DNA of 64,000 nt, taken from Candidatus Latescibacterota bacterium. Lineage in GTDB: Bacteria > Latescibacterota > UBA2968. The notes under the pieces were generated by a model. The model was not told where the DNA came from, did not search any database, and worked only from the letters and a program-made list of their open reading frames with translations. Positions within the stretch are counted from its first letter, which is position 1. Every line of letters starts with the position of its first letter. The DNA lies in assembly GCA_965208125.1 (NCBI GenBank), contig OZ242320.1, forward strand, positions 5,088,001 to 5,152,000, written 5' to 3'. Of the stretch, positions 8,935-17,280 are shown piece by piece. A program made the position numbers and the translations under genes.

Positions 8935-10918
8935 AGCGATGTACCCAATGCCCGCGTTCTGGGAACCAGATCATGTCGATACCCAATGACAAAGCCACGC
9001 CGAGAATATATCCGACGAGCAAACCGATAAACAAAGGTCTGGATTTGCGATAAACCGTTGGACCGCCTACTTTTATGATGACAAACTTAATCAACCAGGC
9101 GAGAAAAGTCGTAAAGCTGGTGCGTCGCGCCAGATAAGAACCCGAAATCGCCAGACCCACGGGATGCAGCGGCCACCACACAAAGCGATAGCGCATATAG
9201 ATCAACCCCGCCATCAAAAGACTCCCAATACCCAAAAATACCACTTCTTCGGGATGTTCTTCATAAAACGGTGGCTCGTCGGGCTTTTTGAGTGCATCAA
9301 CCGTATGCTGAAAATGGCGTTCGGCTGCCCGCGTAATCTCCCAACTGTTAAAATTATAAGCCCCTTGATCGTAACCCAACCATACGGTGAACAACATATT
9401 GAACAGCAAACTGACCATAAACACCAGTCCAAGCGCCCCCATCAGCCGCCGCCGCTGATTGCCGGGAACGCCCTCGGAAACGCGCCCGGCATGGGAAAGC
9501 GCGGGCAAAAACAAGCCCTTGAAATTTTCGGTGACCAGTACGGAAAAGCGAAAAGCGACGAGGGTGGAAAGCGATATATTGCGCCTTCCATAAAACGATG
9601 CGACCAGACTCCATGCACCAATGGGTTTGCTCGCAAATGGCATGCCAGTATCGGCGATGATCTTCGCCATACCCGTATAGACAAAAATCACTGCCAGAAT
9701 GTATAAAAACCCTTTCAGCGGATCGAAATTCATCTGCGTCAGCCAGACAAATAAATACGCTATGCTACACAGCAAACCGATGCAAGCGGCGCGATAAGAC
9801 ATCAATTCTTCGGAGTCATCCACCGTGGGATCTCTCCCGAGTGCCTTCATCAACACATCGCGCAAATGTTTTCTCGCTACCCAGAAGGTCGAACCCACAA
9901 AAACGACAAAAGCCCCAACAGTCTGCCAGTAATAAACACCCGCGCGATAATAAGGCGTGGTGGCTTTATAGCCCCACTTGCTGAGTTGACCGCCTTCAAG
10001 GATGAACACCAGATCAAAAAACCAGATTGAAAACAGAACATCCAGACTGGCAAAATAAGAAAAGAGAATGGTAAAAATGCCAAAAAATCCCCTGATAGGT
10101 GGCAGTTGCCAATCAATCCAATACCAGCGAGACCGGTAAATGGGAAAACGCGGAAAGCCCGGCAAAAAGTAATTGATACAATTCCACGCCAGCACGCCAA
10201 ACGCAATGGCAAATCCGATCCAGAACAAGCGATTGCGCGTAAACTCGGGCAACCATCCCTCACCATCGCCCGGTTCAGAAGCCATATCGATCAATGGCGC
10301 CATCGCGGGAAAAACCAGACGTTCGTTTTGCACCCATTGTTTTCTAAAAACAGTAGCCACACAGGCCAGCATTAAAAAAGCCGCCGCCACAACCGTCGTC
10401 CACCAGAACAGGGGCAATATCCACACGCCCCAGGGGATAGTAGCACCGCCAGGCAAGCCTTCGTAAAACCACGCAACGGCATTGCCCTCGTGGCTCGGCA
10501 AGAGCCAGTTGGGCAAAAGCGGATGCAGGTGCTCGGCCCACTGGTTTTCTTCCGTAGCAAAATAATAAGGTGCCGTGATATAGCCGATCAAATAACCCGT
10601 CATGCCAAAACACGGCAGTGCTGCCCCCACAAGACCCATCGCCAAAATCGCATGCCATTCGCCTTTTGAAAGAACCCAGCCGGTCATTTTGGCAACAATG
10701 GCGAGTCCGATCATCAGAATCATCAGCACGATCAACATGGCCATTGGAATGTGACTATACGTCATCAGCGAAGCGTGCAAGACGTAGCGCACGTACATAG
10801 CCAGCAGATCGAGAGCAATGACGAGAAATACGCCCAATCCCACAGCACGCAATGTTACCGCGGGCTGTGAACTCGCATCGTCTGCTTCTGTCTGAATATT
10901 TTGTGTATCAAGAGCCAT
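8927..10918 (-). CDS. DUF6785/DUF6784-type integral membrane protein (OPT-like)
   Basis: Highly hydrophobic; FRKQWVQNERLVFP and C-terminal WWPLHPVGLA...PLFIGLLVG motifs; 8-bp overlap with the next gene's start. Confidence 0.75.
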   Translation of the reverse strand: MALDTQNIQTEADDASSQPAVTLRAVGLGVFLVIALDLLAMYVRYVLHASLMTYSHIPMAMLIVLMILMIGLAIVAKMTGWVLSKGEWHAILAMGLVGAALPCFGMTGYLIGYITAPYYFATEENQWAEHLHPLLPNWLLPSHEGNAVAWFYEGLPGGATIPWGVWILPLFWWTTVVAAAFLMLACVATVFRKQWVQNERLVFPAMAPLIDMASEPGDGEGWLPEFTRNRLFWIGFAIAFGVLAWNCINYFLPGFPRFPIYRSRWYWIDWQLPPIRGFFGIFTILFSYFASLDVLFSIWFFDLVFILEGGQLSKWGYKATTPYYRAGVYYWQTVGAFVVFVGSTFWVARKHLRDVLMKALGRDPTVDDSEELMSYRAACIGLLCSIAYLFVWLTQMNFDPLKGFLYILAVIFVYTGMAKIIADTGMPFASKPIGAWSLVASFYGRRNISLSTLVAFRFSVLVTENFKGLFLPALSHAGRVSEGVPGNQRRRLMGALGLVFMVSLLFNMLFTVWLGYDQGAYNFNSWEITRAAERHFQHTVDALKKPDEPPFYEEHPEEVVFLGIGSLLMAGLIYMRYRFVWWPLHPVGLAISGSYLARRTSFTTFLAWLIKFVIIKVGGPTVYRKSRPLFIGLLVGYILGVALSLGIDMIWFPERGHWVHRYG

Positions 10919-11078
10919 TGGCGTGATTTTCGTGATACAAGGTAAAATCCCTCAGAAAATGTGCGGGAATAATTAACCCCCGCCCCTTGTATTTGTCAAA
11001 TGGTTTATATGTTTATAATTGTAATTCTGCATATAGCGCAACATCATTTCTGTTTGAAAAAAAACGTACGCAAGAACC

Positions 11079-11107
11079 TTGACACCAATTAGCCGTTTTG
11101 TTAGATT
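11079..11107 (+). promoter_or_regulatory. Sigma70 promoter of tRNA-Phe
   Basis: TTGACA (11079-11084), 17 bp, TAGATT (11102-11107) with extended -10 TG, 25 bp before the tRNA. Confidence 0.7.
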
Positions 11108-11132
11108 TGGTCGTCTTATCGGGAAAGATGAT

Positions 11133-11208
<76 letters not shown>

Positions 11209-11262
11209 TTTTTTTCATTTGACTATACACAGACGTATATTTCCTTCATACATGTTCCAAAT

Positions 11263-11300
11263 AAAAAAAGGTGTGAACTTTCAATGTTCACACCCTTTTT
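11263..11300. terminator. Bidirectional intrinsic terminator-like hairpin
   Basis: AAAAAAGGTGTGAAC-TTTCAAT-GTTCACACCCTTTTT between convergent tRNA-Phe and the FGE-like gene. Confidence 0.65.
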
Positions 11301-11320
11301 GTTTTTGGATTTAAAAAAGC

Positions 11321-11395
11321 GGGCGACCACAGGGGGTCGCCCCTACAAAACCAGATTAATAATCTCATCGTAGGGGACGGCCCCTGTGCCGTCCC
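11321..11395. repeat. Pair of inverted GTAG-family REP elements (REPIN-like)
   Basis: GGGCGACCACAGGGGGTCGCCCCTAC (11321-11346, minus orientation) and GTAGGGGACGGCCCCTGTGCCGTCCC (11370-11395); each is GTAG followed by a palindrome. Confidence 0.75.
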
Positions 11396-11412
11396 AGGTT
11401 GTTTTTTTAACG

Positions 11413-12204
11413 TTACAAACTCTGCGCAACCCGAAACCCCACATAAAGGCTCCCGGCAAAGGTACTATGTCGGTCGCGAGTAGCCGAGCGAAGGAAATAT
11501 CCTTCCAGGTACCATGCACCGCCGCGCACCACGCGCGCAGTGCGATCGCCGACCTCCCACGCAGACCCGTCATTGGGTGCCCCCACATATCTATTATTAT
11601 ACCAATCCTGAGTCCACTCCCACACATTGCCGTGCATGTCGTGAAGGCCCCAACTGTTGGCCTCGAACGATCCCACAGGTGCTGACATCTCATTATCCCA
11701 CTGACTGCCGCACCCATTGCAATTGGCGCGGTTGTGACCGAGATTATTCCCCCAGCTATACCTCGTCGCCGTTCCCGCACGCGCCGCATACTCCCATTCA
11801 GCCTCGCTCGGCAAACGATAGTTCTTCCCCGTCTGCTCCGATAACCAGGCAGTGTACGCCACCGCATCATCCCATGTGATGTTGATCACGGGACGCCGTC
11901 CTCGCCCAAAACCCCTATCATCTGCTCGCTCGCGCCCCGTTGCATCTGTGAAAAGATCGTACTCCTCAAATGTCACCTCGTACTTAGCCAGCGCGAACGA
12001 TTTAATCGTCACCTCATGCACTGGCCTCTCGCTATTATTACAACTTCTCCCCGAGACGCACCCCATCTTAAAACTTCCCGCGGGAATCACCACCATCTCC
12101 GGCGTTTTAAAAGAAGCCCCTTCCTCCTGTGAAACACGAGCGGATGTACCCGTGAAAAATCCCAATAAGACGAGAACAAAAATATTTCTGATCACACTCT
12201 GCAT
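11413..12204 (-). CDS. FGE-sulfatase (SUMF1)-domain secreted protein, lacking catalytic cysteines
   Basis: Signal peptide; PEMVVIPAGSFKMG, RLPSEAEWEYAARAG, GLHDMHGNVWEW, RVVRGGAW...GFRVA. Confidence 0.9.
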   Translation of the reverse strand: MQSVIRNIFVLVLLGFFTGTSARVSQEEGASFKTPEMVVIPAGSFKMGCVSGRSCNNSERPVHEVTIKSFALAKYEVTFEEYDLFTDATGRERADDRGFGRGRRPVINITWDDAVAYTAWLSEQTGKNYRLPSEAEWEYAARAGTATRYSWGNNLGHNRANCNGCGSQWDNEMSAPVGSFEANSWGLHDMHGNVWEWTQDWYNNRYVGAPNDGSAWEVGDRTARVVRGGAWYLEGYFLRSATRDRHSTFAGSLYVGFRVAQSL

Positions 12205-12293
12205 GATATATATCTCCTGTAATTATTACCTGATAAATGCTCATAAAAAAAATAAGACAACTTCTTATTGGTGAAAAGTACATATTTTACCTA

Positions 12294-13031
12294 TTAAGGT
12301 GCATCGCGTTTTATGATGGTCACATTGACCAGGGCACCGGGGCGGACATACTTTCCCGCATTCAAAAAAAGACCCGTTACTTTGCACGTCCCATTTTCCG
12401 GATCAATAACAGGACTGATCCCGACGACGCGCCCGGGCAACGCGCGCTTTCCGCTGGCGGTCGGCACCGCAGACAGCGACATATTCATTCGGATCGCGTT
12501 CAGCCTCTTCTCGGACACAAACAGATGCACCTGAAGGTCCCTGGGGTCAATGATCCGAGCGACCGCGGAATAGGCCAGTATCCAGTCACCTGCCTTTACA
12601 TTGACCTCAGCCACCATTCCGTCCTGGGGTGCGATGATTGCGGTTCTGTCCAGTTCCATACGCGCGGCGACCCAGTTATAGTGTGCGACCTCAGCATCGA
12701 AGCGAACATTTTCAAGCTGCTGGTCACTGATCAGTTTCTTCGCGTGCAACATTTCCAACCGCGCTTGCAGAGTCTGGGTCTTCTTCAGTGCAATTCGAGC
12801 CGCAGTTTCCTTCACGCGCAAATCCCGGCGGGATAATACCATGAGGGTATCCCCTTGAGTCACCCGGTCTCCCACCTCAAAGTTGACCTGCTGCATCCAC
12901 GCGTTCATCCCAGCATAGACGGTCGCCGATCGCACAGGTATTAAAGGCGCCCGCAACATCAGTTCTTCTGCCTGGATCCTTGCGGCAATGAGCATGAGGA
13001 TGCCGCACAGAAACATCGCGTTGTATATCAT
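12294..13031 (-). CDS. Efflux RND periplasmic adaptor (membrane fusion protein)
   Basis: Start moved to ATG 13031 (AGGAG RBS, signal-like N-terminus). EVGDRVTQGDTL lipoyl half, coiled coil, IIAPQDGMV...VKAGD, ISPVIDPENGT, VRPGA. Confidence 0.8.
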   Translation of the reverse strand: MIYNAMFLCGILMLIAARIQAEELMLRAPLIPVRSATVYAGMNAWMQQVNFEVGDRVTQGDTLMVLSRRDLRVKETAARIALKKTQTLQARLEMLHAKKLISDQQLENVRFDAEVAHYNWVAARMELDRTAIIAPQDGMVAEVNVKAGDWILAYSAVARIIDPRDLQVHLFVSEKRLNAIRMNMSLSAVPTASGKRALPGRVVGISPVIDPENGTCKVTGLFLNAGKYVRPGALVNVTIIKRDAP

Positions 13032-13254
13032 AATTGATCTCCTGTCAGACGAATACGTAACACACCCTTGAATCGCACGTTTTTGCGTTTCAGAGCATCG
13101 ATCTCTTTCTGCTTTTCCGCCAGTTTTCTCTCTACTTGCTCCAGTTTCAGGTAATGCACGGGGTGGTATTGCTGGACGGGTTGCGGGTGACTGGTGAACC
13201 ATGAGAATACCCTCCTGTATGGGTTAGAATTGAAACTTCGTGCCCTTCATATAG

Positions 13255-13271
13255 GGCAAAAACCGTGCCAA
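13255..13271 (-). promoter_or_regulatory. Sigma54 (-24/-12) promoter
   Basis: Minus strand reads TTGGCACG-GTTT-TTGCC, matching the YTGGCACG-N4-TTGCW consensus in spacing and at all but the last base. Confidence 0.8.
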
Positions 13272-13348
13272 AATTTGACAAAAACCCGTAACTGACTGCG
13301 GGAGAGCGTGTTTTTTAAAAAATGCTGAAAAAAGAATCTGCGGGAAAC

Positions 13349-13405
13349 TGTTTCAAACGAAACAGTAAGTGTTTCAAATGAAACAGTTGTGATTAGAATG
13401 AAACA
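13349..13405. promoter_or_regulatory. Tandem enhancer (bEBP upstream activator) boxes
   Basis: TGTTTCAAACGAAACA (13349-13364), TGTTTCAAATGAAACA (13370-13385) and degenerate TGATTAGAATGAAACA (13390-13405); TGT-N10-ACA type, 20-21 bp apart, about 80-135 bp upstream of the -24 element. Confidence 0.7.
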
Positions 13406-13507
13406 GGGGGATTACAGCGGAAAATTACACTAAAAATGCCCTGAAGAATACAGGGCATTTTGGAAGGTATTTGGAGCATACCATACAACGGGCTGTCATC
13501 TTGCCAT

Positions 13508-16015
13508 TCAATTTCCCTCTCCGATCTGTGCTCTGGTCGCCACGGCTTTTACAGCTTCTATGCCCAGGCGGTCTTCGAGTTGTTTCAAGTACAAACTGCG
13601 CGGATTTACCTTCCGCCCGTGTGATTCCCAATATCCATCTTCACGCCTGTACCAGCCGTCTCGTTTCTCGCCGATGCAGCCAATGGCATAATTTTGCGAT
13701 GTTGGGGGTTTTTGCACGATAAAACTCTCTGCCTCGCAGTTCCACAATACTTTTTGCGCGCCCGCCCAACCGTGGCCAGTGCCCGAACCTTGCCGATCCT
13801 GAACATTGATGGCATTGCCGTTCACGGTCACATTGTCAAACAGTGTGCAAACAGACCAGCGGTGATGGGGGCCTGAATCATTATGCGCGATATCCGCCGT
13901 GCAATCCAAAAACACATTTGGTCCCGGTACGCGGGCGTGTAGCACATAATCGTGACGTCCCCGCCGGGTATAGCACCGCTGCACGAGGGATAATTGTCCA
14001 TGAACGGGAAAAGAGTAGCGCCGCGATCCGGTGATCTGTGATACGGGATCCAGACATTGACTATCCTGCACGGTCATCCATTTTGCCTGGTTGCCAATGG
14101 TTACACAGGCATAGCCAAAGTGGACTGAGGTGATATTGCGCGCCCACGCATTCTGTACGCGTGAAAATACGACAAAATTCCAGGCGTGATCTTCATCGAT
14201 AAACTCATCCTCCCTACTTTCATCTTTTTCGCTGTCATCAAACTCCGATACGCCGCGCAAGTTCTCAATGCCCACCTGTTCAATGCGCCCGAGATATTCG
14301 TATTTGAGAACCCACCCGCCGCCGTATTCGCGTTCAAATGCATTGCCCATGGGCGCGTCGATTGTTATCCGGTTGCCTTCTATGGCAGTTATGGTGCGGT
14401 CAAAGCGAAAGTCGTAAGTGCCCGGTTCCCACTGCCGAACGTCGGGATGTGACATCTCAATGCGATCCATCCCTATTGCCGCAATCCACTGTGCCGTACT
14501 GGGGCGATGCACGAGGATCTCATCGCCAACTGCAAAACCCGAAGCATCTGCGATGGCGAATGTTCTTGTGCCTACGGGGACATAATCATCTACAATGGCC
14601 TGTCGCGTTCCCCCTACCTCTTGCCAGAATGATCTGCCTTCAAACTCGATCAATGTGCGCTGTTCTGTTCCCGTTGCAATCAATACCGTGCCGTTTTCAC
14701 CCGTGCCTTCACCGCGCAGTACAACGCCACTTGCCCGAATGTACAGGGTCCCACCAATGCGATATTTTCCGCGCTTGAGTAACAAGGTCCCGCGAAATCC
14801 ATTGGCGTCCAGTGCGCGTGCGGATACGTCGTCAATTGCCGCTTGCAATCGCGCTGTGTCGTCTCCACCGGCCTGTGGCTGTACCGTCATCGCCACCGGC
14901 ACATCTGGCAGAGCCACACCACCACCCATATAGCCACAGTGTGAAAAGTCTGGAATAATATTACCCTTTTCATCTGGTACATAGACCAGTCGCCCGTCAG
15001 GTCCCGGATATACCAGTTTACTGTTCTGAGGTACGTAAGATATCGAACTGCTCCGCGTTTGGATAAAATCTGCAACTTGCGCCCAAATAGGGATGGGATA
15101 TATGGAGGGGTCGCGTGAGGCGAGGATATCCCGAGGAATTGGCACGCGGATCCGAGTTGTTCCCGCCTCAATAGTCTGGGTCAACAGGATCTGCGTTTCG
15201 GTTCCCACCACAATATTTAATGGTTGTGTGGTGGCGTTTTCCAATGTGATGGGTATGTACCACTGCGTGCCGCCAGATCCGAATCCAGCAGCGAAGGTGA
15301 GAAAATCACCAAAACCGATTTGTCCGTCAGAATCGAGATCGTAGATGGGATTATATCCCGCATCGGTCTGTGTTGCACCGAATTTCTGAACAAAGAGGAT
15401 AAAATCACTAAAACCAACGGCTCCGTTGCCATCAAAATCGATATGGTCAATGGAATTTATTTCTTGTACTGGTGCGTCAACTTGCCAGGAAAAGGTCTGA
15501 TCAACGGTTGCAATATGATCGATGAACAGGCGCGCATTTGAACTTTGACTTGTTTCTGTTCTATATGTGATGTATCGCCTGTTGTAATCGGGGTCTCTGC
15601 CCCAGATCTCGTGGGGTTTTGCCAGTTCTACAACGGCAAGTTGCCAACCTTGAGGCGGTGTTTGTCCCGCCCAGATCGTATATATGGCTTCCCTACCGCC
15701 GCCCAGAGGGTGGTTGCGAACCTTGATTTTGAGATCCCTCAGGCCATTGCCCTCTACTTTCCACCAGAAGCTCAAGCTGTGTCTTTGGGATATGTCCTGC
15801 CCCGTGCTAAAAAAATTGTAGGTAAAGAATCCCGTTTGCCCTGCTGGTGGGGAAGCAACGATGGCAAAGCGACCCTCCTGGGCATCTCTGGATAACTGTA
15901 CATTGTTGGACCAGCCGGAAAGATTGTCGCAATAGGTCAGCGTTTGCACCGGATCGCTGGCAGAGCAAGCACAGGCCCACAGAAATAGAATTGTGCAGGT
16001 GATAATTGATCGCAT
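13508..16015 (-). CDS. Secreted modular protein: CBM-like domain, EF-hand/dockerin-like pair, pectin-lyase-fold beta-helix
   Basis: Signal peptide; DFDGNGAVGFSDF and DLDSDGQIGFGDF Ca-binding repeats; IPDFSHCGYMGGG, GDDTARLQAAID, SGVVLRGEG, DSGPHHRWS typical of pectate_lyase_3-like proteins. Confidence 0.75.
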   Translation of the reverse strand: MRSIITCTILFLWACACSASDPVQTLTYCDNLSGWSNNVQLSRDAQEGRFAIVASPPAGQTGFFTYNFFSTGQDISQRHSLSFWWKVEGNGLRDLKIKVRNHPLGGGREAIYTIWAGQTPPQGWQLAVVELAKPHEIWGRDPDYNRRYITYRTETSQSSNARLFIDHIATVDQTFSWQVDAPVQEINSIDHIDFDGNGAVGFSDFILFVQKFGATQTDAGYNPIYDLDSDGQIGFGDFLTFAAGFGSGGTQWYIPITLENATTQPLNIVVGTETQILLTQTIEAGTTRIRVPIPRDILASRDPSIYPIPIWAQVADFIQTRSSSISYVPQNSKLVYPGPDGRLVYVPDEKGNIIPDFSHCGYMGGGVALPDVPVAMTVQPQAGGDDTARLQAAIDDVSARALDANGFRGTLLLKRGKYRIGGTLYIRASGVVLRGEGTGENGTVLIATGTEQRTLIEFEGRSFWQEVGGTRQAIVDDYVPVGTRTFAIADASGFAVGDEILVHRPSTAQWIAAIGMDRIEMSHPDVRQWEPGTYDFRFDRTITAIEGNRITIDAPMGNAFEREYGGGWVLKYEYLGRIEQVGIENLRGVSEFDDSEKDESREDEFIDEDHAWNFVVFSRVQNAWARNITSVHFGYACVTIGNQAKWMTVQDSQCLDPVSQITGSRRYSFPVHGQLSLVQRCYTRRGRHDYVLHARVPGPNVFLDCTADIAHNDSGPHHRWSVCTLFDNVTVNGNAINVQDRQGSGTGHGWAGAQKVLWNCEAESFIVQKPPTSQNYAIGCIGEKRDGWYRREDGYWESHGRKVNPRSLYLKQLEDRLGIEAVKAVATRAQIGEGN

Positions 16016-16216
16016 TGCAATTTTTCCTGACCGCTTGTTTCTATATTTGCAATTATCTGCAATTTACTCGAAAAAACAGGGGTTTGCAATGGCATTTTGG
16101 CGTATAATGTAGGCGTTGTTCGAGGTGTTCCTGACAAAACTATGGAAATTGTCCCTATTGAGATAGACAATTGCGGGATGATGTCTATAACTGCGGATGC
16201 ATCCGTGAAAAATCCA

Positions 16217-16255
16217 AAAAAATAGGGCAGACCTTTTGTGGCCTGCCCTGTTATT
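16217..16255 (-). terminator. Intrinsic terminator after ABC ATPase
   Basis: Minus strand: AGGGCAGGCC-ACAAAA-GGTCTGCCCT followed by ATTTTTT. Confidence 0.7.
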
Positions 16256-16310
16256 GGGATTATCTGCGTTAGAGCGAACTCATAAGGGACTGAACGCTGT
16301 GCAACATCAA

Positions 16311-17090
16311 CTACTCAGCCGTTGGATCAAAACCTTCAATACGCCCTTCTTGAATCTCAATCTCATCCCGCCGTCTCACCCGCTCAACCTGCCCATCGCG
16401 CAAATCGACCACGCGATCAGATACCCCGAGCATCTTGTGGTCATGGGTATTGGTCACAATGGTCACACCGCTTTCGCCCTGCATCTTGAGCAACAACTCG
16501 ATAATTTCCTGCCCGGTCTTCAAGTCGAGGTTTCCTGTCGGCTCATCAGCCAGAATCAAATCGGGATCATTGGCCATAGCTCTGGCAATTGCCACGCGCT
16601 GCTGCTGCCCACCCGATAATTCGTAGGGTTTGTGATGCAGGCGGTCGGAAAGCCCCACCAGCGACAATTTGTGTGCGGCCTTTTCTTCGTAATCACTGCG
16701 CGCCATGCCCGAAAACACCATGGGCAAAGACACATTTTCAAGTGCCGACATAACGGGAATCAGGTTAAACGACTGGAAAATATACCCCACACTGTGGCAG
16801 CGCAAATAGGCAATTTGCCCCTGACTCATATCGCCCATATTGGCACCGTTGACCAATACGGTTCCTTTAGTGGGCGTATCTAATGCCCCCACCATGTTAA
16901 ACATCGTGGTTTTGCCCGAACCCGAAGGGCCCATAATTGACAAATACTCACCGCGAATCACATCGAGGTTCACGCCTTGCAGGGCATGCACTTCCTGGTC
17001 ACCCATCCGATAGGTCTTCCAGACCCCCTGGACCTTAATAATATAATCTTCAGTATCAACCTGTTGTTCAGCAGCCGATTCCCGAGCCAT
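16311..17090 (-). CDS. ABC transporter ATP-binding protein, LolD/MacB (type VII) family
   Basis: Walker A GPSGSGKTT, Q-loop GYIFQSFNL, LSGGQQQRVAIARA, LADEPTGNLD, THD. Start placed at ATG 17090 after GAGGAG. Confidence 0.93.
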   Translation of the reverse strand: MARESAAEQQVDTEDYIIKVQGVWKTYRMGDQEVHALQGVNLDVIRGEYLSIMGPSGSGKTTMFNMVGALDTPTKGTVLVNGANMGDMSQGQIAYLRCHSVGYIFQSFNLIPVMSALENVSLPMVFSGMARSDYEEKAAHKLSLVGLSDRLHHKPYELSGGQQQRVAIARAMANDPDLILADEPTGNLDLKTGQEIIELLLKMQGESGVTIVTNTHDHKMLGVSDRVVDLRDGQVERVRRRDEIEIQEGRIEGFDPTAE

Positions 17091-17280
17091 TGTGTTCTCC
17101 TCTGAAACAATAAAGTTCACCATTGAACTCCCGTATGGTAGGGAAAACCCATGAGCCTGTCAAGCCATTTTAATCCCAATGAAATTCTGCGTGATTCCAA
17201 AAGTATCTTCTACTATATTCTTAGCCTGATTTTCCTATAGCCCTGTCGCATCATCAAAACCAATACGAAAGGATCGTATC

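Noticed and set aside
11413-11530. FGE/CLec-type C-terminus followed by hairpins as a possible diversity-generating retroelement target
   Set aside because: No reverse transcriptase or template repeat in the window. Several candidate variable codons do not end in C/T as AAY-derived codons would, and the hairpins are better explained as REPs. A remote TR cannot be excluded without a genome search.
13349-13405. Repeats ending GAAAC, reminiscent of CRISPR repeat ends
   Set aside because: Units are 16 bp with 4-5 bp gaps, with no spacers or cas genes; they fit enhancer boxes.
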